DNA from: the human T2T-CHM13v2.0 reference genome, Homo sapiens
DNA length: 64,000 nt
NCBI RefSeq assembly: GCF_009914755.1
Contig: NC_060944.1
Reading direction: 5' to 3' (one strand)
Position 1 is the stretch's first letter. Each line of letters starts with the position of its first letter. Below, piece by piece: positions 1-23,977 of this stretch. The notes below the pieces were generated by a model. It did no database searches and had not been told where the DNA came from. It saw nothing but the letters and a program-made list of their open reading frames with translations. The translations under genes were made by a program, and so were the position numbers.

Positions 1-6488
<6,488 letters not shown>

Positions 6489-6605
6489 GTAGATGTGGTC
6501 TTCAGTGTGTCCCCCTCAGCACCCAGACACTTGAGAACTCCGTGGCAGTGATGGGCCGAGGGACTTGTGAGGAAGGGGATGATGCTCTCTGTTCTCTCTT
6601 TGAAG

Positions 6606-6724
6606 CCCTGGGCATGGACGCCTTCATCAAGGCCATGAAGAAGGTTCTGAGCAGTGTGTCGGACGAGATGCTAAAGGAGCTGTTTTTGAAGGTGGACTCG
6701 GACTGTGAAGGCTTTGTCACCTGG
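6606..6724 (+). CDS. EFCAB8: EFCAB8 exon A (EF-hand): (A)LGMDAFIKAMKKVLSSVSDEMLKELFLKVDSDCEGFVTW
   Basis: ctctttgaag|CC ... TGG|gtgagg; 119 nt, phase 1 to 0; EF-hand loop DSDCEGFVTW. Confidence 0.92.
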
Positions 6725-7360
6725 GTGAGGAGGGTGCCCCTGCTTCCTCAGGTGCTGGAGGGAGGCTGGAGGGTCCAGTCCTTGACCAGTTGGTGGGGCT
6801 GAAGATGGGAGGCCATCACGATGTGGGAAAGCCTCCCTGTGGATTCTGGCCCCAGTCGGGGGACTTGCCTGGTGGAGACGTCCCTCCTAAGACCTGTGTG
6901 AGCTGAGTTCCTGGCAGCTCATTCCCCAGGGACAAGTGTCGTTGGCCCCTGTGTGAGACCTACTGAGTGTGCAGCGGTGACCCCACCTGCCACGCGGCTG
7001 TGGTGCCCACCAACCTCCCATTTGGCTTGGGGGATTCAAGCTGGTACCACGACCATCTCATGACCCTTCACTGTCACTCAGGAATAGGCCAGCCTGTGGC
7101 TGTTACATCTAAAAGTGTCAGGCTTTTACAGCATCATAATAATAATGCTTTCATGTTTTTCTGGTTCTAAACGTTCGACAATGGGAATATACAGCTTTTT
7201 AAGCATACAGAAAAGTACCAAGGATAGTCTGACAAATTGATGTAGCAAAGATGACAATGATAACTAGCATTTACACCAAGCACTGTGCTAAGCTCTCTAT
7301 GTATTATTTTACTTAAACCTCATAGGAATCCTATGGGGTAGGTGCTATTACTTACCTCTA

Positions 7361-7799
<439 letters not shown>

Positions 7800-7832
7800 T
7801 TAACTGCCGTCTCATAGCTCTCCTCAGCATAG

Positions 7833-8228
<396 letters not shown>

Positions 8229-8839
8229 TAGAACAATGAGGCCAACTGAAAGAAAAAGAATAAAAAGCAATTTAACCCCCTCGCATTCCTAGCATTCTCA
8301 GGGCTTTACCCAGTGGTCCTTGTTTACAACCCCGTTTCTTGTTACAGCTTCATATGGTGGCTGCTTTGGGCCTTGGCCATGTTTTCCAGCAGCTGGGCAG
8401 TGGAATGGAGTCTGGAGTTGCGCCAGTGGCCCTGGTGTGGGTGCTCCCTGCTGTTAACTTGATGTTTGAGCATGGGCATCTCACATCCTTACAGGGGCCT
8501 GAGTTTTATTATCCATAGGGGAGAGTGAATAAAGAGCTCCCAGGGTGATGCCAGTTGTGGGGGTGATCTGAGGATGCACTTAGCGCCTCAGGACGGCGAG
8601 GGAGACGCTGCTGTGCTCTTTCAGTGAATGCTGCGAGTAGGCCCTTCCCATACTCAGGATTCAAGAACAGGTCTGCTGTCCAAGCGCAGTGGCTCACACC
8701 TTTAATCCTAGAACTTTGGCAGACCACTTGAGCCCAGGAGTTCGAGACCAGCCTGGGCAACATGGCGAAACCCCATCTCTACAAAAAATACAAAAATTAG
8801 CTGGGAATTGTGGCATGCATTTGTGGTCCCAGCTACTCA

Positions 8840-8977
<138 letters not shown>

Positions 8978-9190
8978 TCATGGTTATAATCCCAGCACTT
9001 TGGGAGGCTGAGCAATAAACTGTGATCACACCACTGCACTCCAGCCTGAGTGACAAACAGAGAAAGAGCAGGTCTGTTGCTTGGCCACCTGCCCTGGCCA
9101 GTACTTGGGAAGCAGCCACCAGAGCCTATCGGAAGGGCCTGGGAGAGATGGGGTGGTGAGGGGGACCCTGGGAATCAGGCTTGAGTTCTT

Positions 9191-9312
9191 TTTTTTTTTT
9201 TTTTTTTTGAGACGGAGTCTCGCTCTGTCGCCCAGGTCGGACTGCGGACTGCAGTGGCGCAATCTCGGCTCACTGCAAGCTCCGCTTCCCGGGTTCACGC
9301 CATTCTCCTGCC
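9191..9312 (-). mobile_element. 5'-truncated AluYb8-lineage SINE (right arm + polyA)
   Basis: The minus strand reads GGGAAGCGG...GATTGCGCCACTGCAGTCCGCAGTCCGACCTGGG, carrying the Yb-diagnostic 7-bp GCAGTCC duplication. Pure A tail; perfect TSD GAGTTCTT at 9183-9190 and 9313-9320. Confidence 0.9.
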
Positions 9313-9383
9313 GAGTTCTTGAAACTGAAGGCTGAGACCATTTTGCCAATACCCTGCCTCCCTTGTGCTTTCTTTCGAGGCAG

Positions 9384-9487
9384 CAAAAGTATGTGGATTA
9401 CATGATGCGTGAGTTCCAGGGAAAAGAGGACATGCGAAAGAGCCAGTACCGCCTGCACTTCTACCTTCCCATGACGGTCGTCCCCCT
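9384..9487 (+). CDS. EFCAB8: EFCAB8 exon B: QKYVDYMMREFQGKEDMRKSQYRLHFYLPMTVVP(L)
   Basis: tttcgaggcag|CAA ... CT|gtaagg; 104 nt, phase 0 to 2. Confidence 0.92.
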
Positions 9488-10114
9488 GTAAGGAGCCTCT
9501 TCCTGGGCCTTGGTGGGTGGGGTGACTGGACAAGTGCTGGTGCCAGCCTGCAGTGAGCCCCTCCCTCAATCCGTGACCTTGCTGGTGCTGACCAGGGGCT
9601 GGCATCAGCCTGCTGCCTGATGTCCTTTGGCTCATTTCAACCTCACAGCCCTGTAAGTGTTAGGACTAAGGTACGTGATTTGTCCCCATTTTATAGATGA
9701 GGCCACTGAGGTCTGGAGAGGTCAAATGGCTGGCCCCAGGCCAATAGGTAGAAAGTGGCGGGCTGCTGTGTTTGGCCCTCTCAGCCCCCATTCCCCAGTA
9801 TACAGCATTGCTTCACCTGCTTCCTGTGCTAGTTGGTGCAGAGTGGGTCTGGCAGTTTCATCATAGGGGCACAGGTGGCACAGGTGGCCAGCACAGGCAG
9901 GAATAGGAGTTTCCTCCCAGGCAACAGGAAGGGAATTGCTCCTCAAGCCCCCAGCCAGGCCCTGGAGGCCTCAGAGTGGCTGGCCCCGGGAGTAGGTCCC
10001 TCTGTTACTCCTGGAGCTGGTGGCACCACCCTGCCTTGGCTTCTGCCTGACCGCTCTGCTCACTCCTCCTCCTCGTGGCTCCTCCACCCGCTGTGCCCAC
10101 TGAACCCTTGCTTT

Positions 10115-10575
10115 GCAGGGGAGGAAAACTGTCTTTTCCCTCTACCCATCTGAGGTTCATTGGCAGGGACCTCTCTAAGCGAAGACAGAGTCACAAGGAC
10201 AAGCATACAAGTTTATTTAATATAAGTTTTACATGACACGGGAGCCTCTGTAGGAAATGAAGCCCCTAAGAAACAGATAACCTGAGGGTTTTCATGCTAG
10301 GTTCAATGGAGGGTGGAAAGCTGTGGAAAAATAAGATAGGACAGAGGGGCGATGAGCCAAGCGTAATACATGGCGGAAATAGCAAGGACGTTAGTTCAGA
10401 TTCTTGTCCGTGTCCCTGTGTCTTTGGGCACCCCTCACATGAGTCTTATGACCGGCTTCAGGGGAAGGTCAGACAGTCCTTCCTGAACATACTGCTTCTC
10501 AAATTCCTTTAGTTTAACAGACTCAGTATGCTGCGGTGCCCTATTTGGGGGTAGCATCTCTCAGACCCCTCAACC
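10115..10575. mobile_element. ERV1-class solo LTR (MER31-like)
   Basis: Resembles the MER31 family from memory (gacacgggagcc...aaatgaag...tatttggggtagcat) and is homologous to the copy at ~35870-36625. Confidence 0.55.
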
Positions 10576-10934
10576 TCTTCTGTCTGTGCCAGGGGTTGAT
10601 CTGCCTCGCTGTGTGTTCCTCCCCCTGGACTCCCTAAGCATGAGGAGCATTGCAGGGGCTCTGACCTGCTGGGCCTGGGCTGCCCGGGTCACTGGATCCC
10701 TTCCTGCAGTCCACCCTGGAGCACTGCTGCCTGGGGCAGGTGGCCAGGCAGGGAGCTGGGTCCTGAGATACAAGGTGTGGCAGCCTACATTTGTGACCAG
10801 GTCAGGAGGGAGCTGTGGGTGGGTCTGTCCTAAGAGGACCAGACCCAGACCAGGCCACGGGGAAGTCAAAGAGCTGGAAGGCAGCCCCGGTCCTCAGGCA
10901 GCCTGGGGTTTAATAGAGAAGGCGGCTTGAATGA

Positions 10935-11251
<317 letters not shown>

Positions 11252-11329
11252 TAACTTAAAACAAAATTTTGGTTGGGATTTAATTGAGAAATAACCAATA
11301 AATATGAATGATAAGAGATTTCATAACTG

Positions 11330-14589
<3,260 letters not shown>

Positions 14590-16184
14590 TGAACTCCTGA
14601 CCTCAAGTGGTCTGCCCGCCTCCTGACCTCAAGTAATCCTCCTGACCTCAAGTGATCCACTCACCTCAGCCTTCCAAAGTGCTGGGATTACAGGCGTGAG
14701 CCACTCTGCCCGGTCAGGTCTTTCTATTTCTTTGGGCCATTTAGATCTCAAGGGTGTTTAAAGGTCCTGAAACAGAATGTCAAGAGGCTTGTTCCTATAT
14801 TCTCCTATTTATTTGTTCAACCTACAAACCCGGAGAGCATTTCCAACTTGGTGGGGAAAATAAATGAGTAATATTTAATTACCTTCATGAAAGAGTAACT
14901 TAAAACATTGGCTTACCTTTACTGAGCCTGGGCCGGGTGCACCAAATGCAGCCTCTCATCTGATCCCATCACAGCCCTAGGAGGTGCAGGTGCTGTCATC
15001 ATGCAGGTGAGGAAACCAAGTCCTCCCTGAGATGGCCTGTCCTTAGGGCTGTCTTCCCTTTTCCTAGCTGTCACCTATCATCCCATTCTGCACAGTCTTT
15101 GGCCCTGACAGAAGTGGCAGGGTTGGAAGAGATGAGAGGGCAACTGAGAATATTCATCACAATCTACCCAGAGCCATGGGCTGAGGATAGGAGAGAGGAG
15201 AACCGTGTCCAGACACGTTTCCCTTGCTCTTCTGCAGAGATGGTAATGGCAGTTGAATTTTCACAGTGGCTTGGGTTATCCTTAAGCCCAGGGTCAGACC
15301 AGGCCTACCGGATTTGGAAAGGGCCCTGGAGGAGGGGTCACAGTGCCTAGGTTCTAGTTCCAGCCCTGCTAGTAAATAGGACATAACTCCAGGCAAATGA
15401 TTATTCCCTGGGCCCCTGTAGGATGAGGTAATATCACCTGCTCTGCCAGGGCTCAAAGATTGGGCAGATCAAGTAGGAGAGTGTGTGCCATGCCATGCCA
15501 TGTTGGGAAGCTGGAGTGGCAGGGACTCTCAATGGCCAGATAGCTGGCTTAGCCCACTTGGGTGCAGGGAAGCAACCCACAGAGGGGAGCATCAAAGCCT
15601 GTATGAATGCTCAAGGGCGGCCTCCTGCGAGGCCAGGCCTGCCCCCGGAGCTGTTGGCTGTAGGTTTGGTGTGTGGGACCCTAATTCCCCACTGCTCCTT
15701 GTCCACTTTGATTTCATCCTTCGGTTCTGTTCCCCCCTCTACCCCAGAGCACTAGAGCAGTTGCTAGAAAGTGCTGTTTCTCAGTTTTCAGCCTCAGGCT
15801 CCACTCTGCTCACCCTCTCCTGGGCAGTTTTTCCTATGATAGAAGCTTTGCGAACAACCTCCGTTCTGTCTCCTCTGTCCCATCACGTCGCGAGGAGGCT
15901 GGCTGGCTACTTCGCAGGATAAGCCTGCTGCTTCTCACTTCTGGAGCCCCGCCTCATATCAGCTTCTACGTGGGGCCCTTTTTCTTTTGGCCACTGTTGA
16001 TGATCCAGTAGAAACCCGCTTGGAAGAGCCAGCTATGGGTTTATGGCGTGCGCGTTTGCGTGCGTGTGCGTGACGCTCCGCCGGCTTTTGTCCCTCCTCC
16101 TCGGTGGCTCTCTGTTCTGCCGCAGGTGCCCCCTCCCTGAGCTGTTTTTGCTTGGGCTCTTCTCTCTTTCATCGCCTCCCACAG

Positions 16185-16320
16185 GAACCATGGCTGTGAG
16201 GTGGTGAAGGTGGTGTTTTTAATCCACCGGTTCAAGAAGATCGGGTGTTTCCTGACTGTCACCAAAGACGGGATCCTGCAGTTCTGGTCTGAGTCCTTCT
16301 CGCTGATGAGCTCCTTTAGG
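16185..16320 (+). CDS. EFCAB8: EFCAB8 exon C: NHGCEVVKVVFLIHRFKKIGCFLTVTKDGILQFWSESFSLMSSFR
   Basis: cctcccacag|G ... AGG|gtgagt; 136 nt, phase 2 to 0; WD-like TKDGILQFW. Confidence 0.9.
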
Positions 16321-17954
16321 GTGAGTGGGGCCCCTACACATGGTGCACACATGGGTGATTGGAGAGCCTCTGCCTTAGCACCCCCATGGTGAAGGTGACC
16401 TGGAGCCAGGCAGATTCATGGTCTAAGCAGCCTGGACTTGCAGTCACAGCACCTGGGTCCTGACTTGGCTTCACTGTGGGAGCCACACATTTCCCTTCTG
16501 CTAAGCAGGATTCCACCTGGATGTCCATTCCCTGTGGGTGTCTCACAGGCCCCTCAAATCCATTAGCCCAAACAGGTGTCCCTTTAGCTGTCCCTGCCCA
16601 CCAGGTTTCCTTCTCTTGCGTCCCCATCTCAGTGAATGGCATTGTCATCCCCAAGACTCCTGTGCTAGGGGTCAGCCACTCCCACGCTGTCCCCACGTCC
16701 TACCGATTCAGGCCTTTTGCCTAGTCCAGGCAGGAAATCATAGTGGTTATGAGCATGGGCTCTGGAGCCCAAATCCCAGGGTCAGAGTCCTAACTGTACC
16801 ACCTGCAAGCTCTGTGACCTGGACAAGGTACTATATACTCCCTGTGCCTCAGTTTTCCCATCTGTCAAATGGGGCTAGTTACAGTGCTTCTTTACAGTCC
16901 TTTTGGGAACACATGATGACATAATACATGTGTAGTGCTTGGGGCAGGGCAGGGCACGCAGCAAGTCCCTGCTGGATATATTGTCTTTGTGCTGCCAGCT
17001 CTTGGCTGAGAGTAGTAAGTGAGAAGATGCTCAGGAGAACCCACTGTGTACTTGGTCGCCAGGGCCGTCCAGAATCCTCCAGCAGACGAGGAAAGCACTG
17101 CTCTCCAGGGCTCTACAGAAAGGTTGATTGAGAACACAGCCCCCAGATGAAGGGCTTTCTGAGCCTGTGTAACTGCAGAGTGATTCACAGTTGCATCAGG
17201 GCTCATCCTTTGGGGAAGAAGAGGCCTGGGTGGAACTAGGGTCTGTGGGGTCCCATGGCTCTCCTTGGTGCACCAAGGGGGAGTCACGATCACCATCCTG
17301 AGGCTGTGGCTTCCATAGCCATCCACCTTACCTTTCTGTGTGTGGACTGGGGCAGGGTGTGTTGCAGACAGAGCTCCTGCTTGTGGCTGCTACATGGTCA
17401 CCAAAGCACCTCCAAAGGCTGAAGGGGACAGAGGAAGGCTCTCTGGGAAGGCGCAGCAGGCCTGGATTCTTCCTGGAGGGGCCGCTTTGGCAGGAGTAGG
17501 CCTCCCAGGACCACACACCCACTGTCATGCAGATGGAGACACCTCAAGTTTGAGGCGGGGCCTGAGTTCCACTCAAGAGCTATGTGATCTTGGGTGCAGG
17601 TCACTGAAACTCCCTAGGGCTCTTGGTTTCTCTGAATAGTGCAAGGGTTGGGAGTTACCAAGCTACTGGTGTGTGGGGGTTAGACTCCAGCCCTGGGCAG
17701 GAGAGAGGGGCTTAGGAGGGTTCTGGTCCATTGTCTTCACCGCCAGAACCACCTGGGGAGCCCGAGAGCGCAGTCCTCTGTGCTCTTGGTGCTCTCTGAG
17801 TTCTGATGGAACAGGCTCCTCTCTGCCCCTGCCTTCCCTATCCCTTCTGATTATCCATCTAGAGGAATTGGTTTACGCTCCTCCCTGCTCCTTCCTCCCA
17901 GCTTTTCAGATCGTACTTCTTTCTGCTTTCTTCAGTTCAGAGCCTGTGGTGTCA

Positions 17955-18296
<342 letters not shown>

Positions 18297-18579
18297 CTAC
18301 CTCATCTCTGGTTCCTCTCCAACTCTAAGCCGAGTGGGCTGGCCTCCCTCTTCCCCAGGACACAGCAGCTCATTTCTGCTGACCTGGCTCTGCTCGTGGC
18401 TTTCCCTGCCTGGAGTGCCAGCTCACATTCTGTCTGTGCACATGCTACACGAGTGCAGGATGCACCAGTGCTGAGCTCCTACTGAGTGCTGGGCACCACC
18501 CTCAATGCTTCAACTTTCATTATTCCATTCATTCCTCGCAACTTTGCAGAACAAATTATCGGTTAGTAAGCCAATTTGA

Positions 18580-19208
<629 letters not shown>

Positions 19209-19980
19209 TTAATTTTGTAGAGATGGGGTCTCCCTATGTTGCCCAGGCTGGTCTCGAACTCCTGGGCTCAAGTGATCCTCCCACCTTGGCCTCTGAAAGT
19301 GCTGAGATTACAGGCGTGAGCCACTGTGCCCTTTTCTTTTTAAATGCGATAATGGAAGCATATTATAATGTTGCTTTTTACCTTGGTTTGTCACTTAATC
19401 ATGTCTCTTGGCAGCTCTTTATTGGCATGGGCACAGTTCCTTTGTTCTTAATGTCTGGGTGGTGTCCATGGTGTGGGTTGATAATCAGCTGTGCTTTCCA
19501 GGTGGCTTCTGGCCTGTTGCTCTAATAGCAGCTGCAGTGTCCCCTTTGAGTAGGTGCAAACACACCCATAGAAATGTCTTGGAAACAGATCCCTGGATCA
19601 TGAGCTATGCATATTCAAGAGTTTGGTTGGTTTTTTTTGTGGGGGGCGGGGGGCGGACAGGGTCTCACTCTTGCCCAGGCTTGAGTGCAGTGGTGTGTTC
19701 ACGGCTCACTGCGGCAAGACTTTGATAGAACTGTGAGACTGCTCCAGAAAGGGGTTTTAAAGAAGGTGTTCTTTAAGCCCATTTTACGAATGTGGAAACT
19801 GAGACCCAGGGAGGCTAGGGAGTTTATCCAAGGCCCCTATCACTAGACTTAGTGGTAGTGCTAGGCTCCATGCCAGGTCTGTGGTGGCTCCAGGCCTTGT
19901 GTGGCAGGAGAGGTTCATGGGGAGCTGCACTGGCCTGAGTATGCGTCCCAGCCCATCTCCTCTGCTCTTCCTCTGGCCAG

Positions 19981-20086
19981 CTTAACCAGACCCAGCAGCT
20001 CTACAACCAGCCGATGTGGGTCATTGACATGGTATGTCTGCACAATATGAACCTCGTTGCAGTTGCGTCTACCAGGCAAAAGATAG
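19981..20086 (+). CDS. EFCAB8: EFCAB8 exon D: LNQTQQLYNQPMWVIDMVCLHNMNLVAVASTRQKI
   Basis: ctctggccag|CTT ... G|gtgagt; 106 nt, phase 0 to 1. Confidence 0.9.
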
Positions 20087-21681
20087 GTGAGTCCCTGGGG
20101 GCTTCCCAGCTCTGCTCTCAGCCACTGGGAGCCATGCATTTGTGCCTGGGAGAAGTCTGTTGGCTGAGCAACTGTGAACATGGATCAGAGCCCCCTGGGA
20201 GGATAGCCAGGTGGAGAGGCCTTAGTGCCAAGTAGGCAGGGGGTGGTCGGTGAATGCTCGAATGAATACAGTGATGTTGAACAGACCCAAATTTACAAGC
20301 CAGAGGCCATACTGGTCCATCTCTGGTCCTGATTCTACCTCCTGCCTCTTGCCACTCCTAGTCCAGGCCCCCTTCACTGTCACTTAAATAGCCTCTCCTG
20401 GCCGGGTGTGGTGGCTCACTCCTGTAATACCAGCACTTCAGGAGGCCGAGGCAGGCGGATCACCTGAGGTCAGGAGTTCAAGACCAGCCTGGCCAACATG
20501 GTGAAACCCCGCCTCTACTAAAAATACAAAAGTTACCTGGGAGTGGTGGCACACGCCTGTAATCCCAGCTACTCAGGAGGCTGAGGCAGGAGAATCGCTT
20601 GAACCTGGAGGTGGAGGTTGCAGTAAGCTGAGATCGCGCCATTGCACTCCAGCATGGGCGACAGAGAGAGACTCAGTCTTAAAAAAAAAAAAAAAAAAAG
20701 CCTCTCCTGCATGCCGCGCTTCCCTGATGCCCCCAAAGGCAGGATGTGCATTACAGTGCCCTCTGCAGAAAGCCTTCACCCTACCCCAGTGTTCTTAGGA
20801 TGGAGGTGGGATCCTCAGTGTGGTCTGTGAGGCCTTCAGAGGTCTGAGCCCTGCCGCCTCCAGTAGTCTCCACCTGTCCCCTCCCTGTGGTGCTGAGGCC
20901 ACTGTGGTCTCCTCTGGTAGGTGCTGTGGCCTGGGTCTCTGTGCTCTGCCATCCCTCCTGCCCCTCTCTCTGCCCCAACAGCCTCTGCTTTTCTTTTGGC
21001 TCTCATCTCAGAAGTTACTTCCTCCAGGAAGCCCTCCCTGACCCTCTAGTCCAAGATCCTCTGTTAAAAAGACCCCATGAGATTGTACCTCTTCCCTTCA
21101 AGGTCCCCTTTCAGTGTCATCTCACATGTATTAGTTTGCTTCTGTTTAGCACATGTCTCCTCCTCCAGACTGGAAGGTCAGGGACTGCATCTGTTCTGCT
21201 CAACTCAGTGTCTCAGTGCCTGGTACCTTCTGGATGCTCGATGACTATTGAATGGATGGATGATGAATGAGGCCTCTGACTGAGCAGACCTGTAAGGTGG
21301 TCAGGGAGAGGGAATTAGTACATGAAGTGACAGCTGGTGATGTGAGGCTGAATGGGAGGAGAGAGAGTGGCTGTTCTGGAACAAGCAGGGACTGGAATAA
21401 AAAGGACCTGGGTTCAGGGCCTGGTCCCACTGCTCTGTAGATGTCTGCCTATGAGCAATTGCTTTACCTCCCAGTGCCTCGCTTTACCCAGAGGTAAAAT
21501 GGGGCCTATGATACATGACTCCAGGGTGAGTGTGGCTTAGTAGTTAGGTGTGTGAAGCTGCTGGCATAGTGCCTGGCACATAGTGGGCAGTTAATCAACA
21601 CTGACATCATTATGAGGCTAAATTGTGTGATACAGAGAAAGTGGTCAGCCGTCAGCAAGGGCTAGAGCAATCTATCTGTGA

Positions 21682-21921
<240 letters not shown>

Positions 21922-22892
21922 TGAACTAGGGATTCATTTATTTTGGTTGAAAAAAAAATATTGAATTCTGGTTCGATGATGGGCTGGACCTGGTCTGCTG
22001 GGCCCGTGTTTGTTGGCTCATCAGGTGTCTGGGATTACAGGTGCGCGCTACCACACCCAGCAAATTTTTGTATTTTTAGTAGAGATGGGGTTTCACCATG
22101 TTGGCCAGGCTAGTCTCCATCTCCTGACCTCAGGTGATCCACCTGCCTCAGCCTCCCACAGTGCTGGGATTACAGGTGTGAGCCATTGCAGCCAGCCTAG
22201 AACCCCATTTTAGAGATAATTATGTCATCACTGCTGTCCTGATGGAGCAGCTGTCATCTGCTCGGAGGTACTCAGACAAGGCCAAAAGCAGAGGTGGAAG
22301 TGGCAACAGTGTGATCCCCGGCCTTTGTGGCCCCAGCCCAGTCCAGCCAGTGCTCCTTTTGTGACCTACAGCCCTCTGGGGTGGCCGGCCACGTAGAGAG
22401 GCAGAGGAGGGCGAGAGGCTGCCGTTCAGATGCGGGAGACAACATGACGGTGAGGCTGTTGCTCATCAGAGGCTGGAAGTGAGGCTGGATCTGTTGGAAG
22501 GAGTCAGTTTTTTTTTTTTTTTAATTGAGACAGGGTCTTGCTCTGTCACCCAGGCTGTAGTGCAGTGGTACAATCACTGCTCACTGCAGTCTCAAACTCC
22601 TAGGCTCAAGCAGTCCTCTTGCCTTAGCCTCCCTAAGTGCTGGGATCATGGGCATGAGCCACTGCACCTGGCCTGGGATTTTATTCCAGCTGCAGTTGGA
22701 AGCCTTTGGGGATTTTCAGTGGGGTTCCCGGTGGGTGGGTTTACTCTGTGAACAGCTGTCTGTGGTTGCCATGGGGGAAAAAGGGCTGAAGGGGCCAGAG
22801 ATTCCTTGGGATAGCAATGAGGCTGCTCACTGTGACTGAAGACCTCCCAGGCATGGCTGTGGGCTCTATGTGGCCTTCTGTCTTTCCCCCAG

Positions 22893-22977
22893 ATTTCTTT
22901 GATATTAGTGACCACAAATGTGTCCGGGCCTTCACCTTTGTTGATCTGGACAGCTGTGCTCTGGTCATGGACTACTG
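22893..22977 (+). CDS. EFCAB8: EFCAB8 exon E: (D)FFDISDHKCVRAFTFVDLDSCALVMDY(W)
   Basis: tttcccccag|AT ... TG|gtgagt; 85 nt, phase 1 to 2. Confidence 0.9.
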
Positions 22978-23364
22978 GTGAGTCTCCACTGGGTGTTCCT
23001 CACATGAACCAGGAGGCCCAGGCCTCCTGCAGCAGCCGCATCACTGACTAGGGTTGGGGCCCCCAGAAAGCCTCCTTGGAAAGATCTGGAAATATCTCCC
23101 CACTGGCTCCAAGGCCCCTGTGTCTTCCTCCCCACCAGGCTGCTTCTCTCTCAGGGTCACCTCTCATGGTCACTCAGAGCTTGGAGTCATTGTCACTCCC
23201 CCACCCAAGACAGCCACCAAATCCCAGCAGAGGCTTGTCTGGCTGTGGCTGAGGACTCTGGGGACATCACAGTCTATTGCGAGGGGTGACTTAACAAAGG
23301 GCAGCTGGAGGACTAGGGATTCATTTATTTTGATTGAGAAAAAAGTTGAATTCTGGTTCAGTGA

Positions 23365-23643
<279 letters not shown>

Positions 23644-23852
23644 TGAGTAGCTGGGATTACTGGTGCCCGCCACCACGCTTGGCTAATTTTTGTATTTTTA
23701 GTAGAGATGAGGTTTCACCACGTTGGCCAGGCTGGTCTCGAACTCCTGACCTCAGGTGATTAACCTACCTTGGCCTCCCAGAGTGCTGGTCTTACAGGTG
23801 TGAGCCACCGCGCCCAGCCCACACAACCTCTTCCGTCTCCATCTTTCTGCAG

Positions 23853-23977
23853 GTCTGACTATCACAGAGGTGTGTTCTGCTATGGAGACGCCAAAGGCAA
23901 CGTCATTGTCTTCACCTCCGAAAACATGACCAGTGGGCTGTTCAACCCCCGTATCCTCCCCAGGGCCTCCAAGTGGG
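23853..23977 (+). CDS. EFCAB8: EFCAB8 exon F: SDYHRGVFCYGDAKGNVIVFTSENMTSGLFNPRILPRASKW
   Basis: ctttctgcag|G ... G|gtagct (weak donor); 125 nt, phase 2 to 1. Confidence 0.85.

Noticed and set aside
14594-14653. Repeat-spacer pattern superficially like a CRISPR array (also 55127-55187)
   Set aside because: Eukaryotic repeat-derived, only 2-3 units, spacers of 4-13 nt, no cas genes
16187-16207. Strong-Kozak ACCATGG in exon C as an internal start codon
   Set aside because: Out of frame; closes after five codons (MAVRW*)
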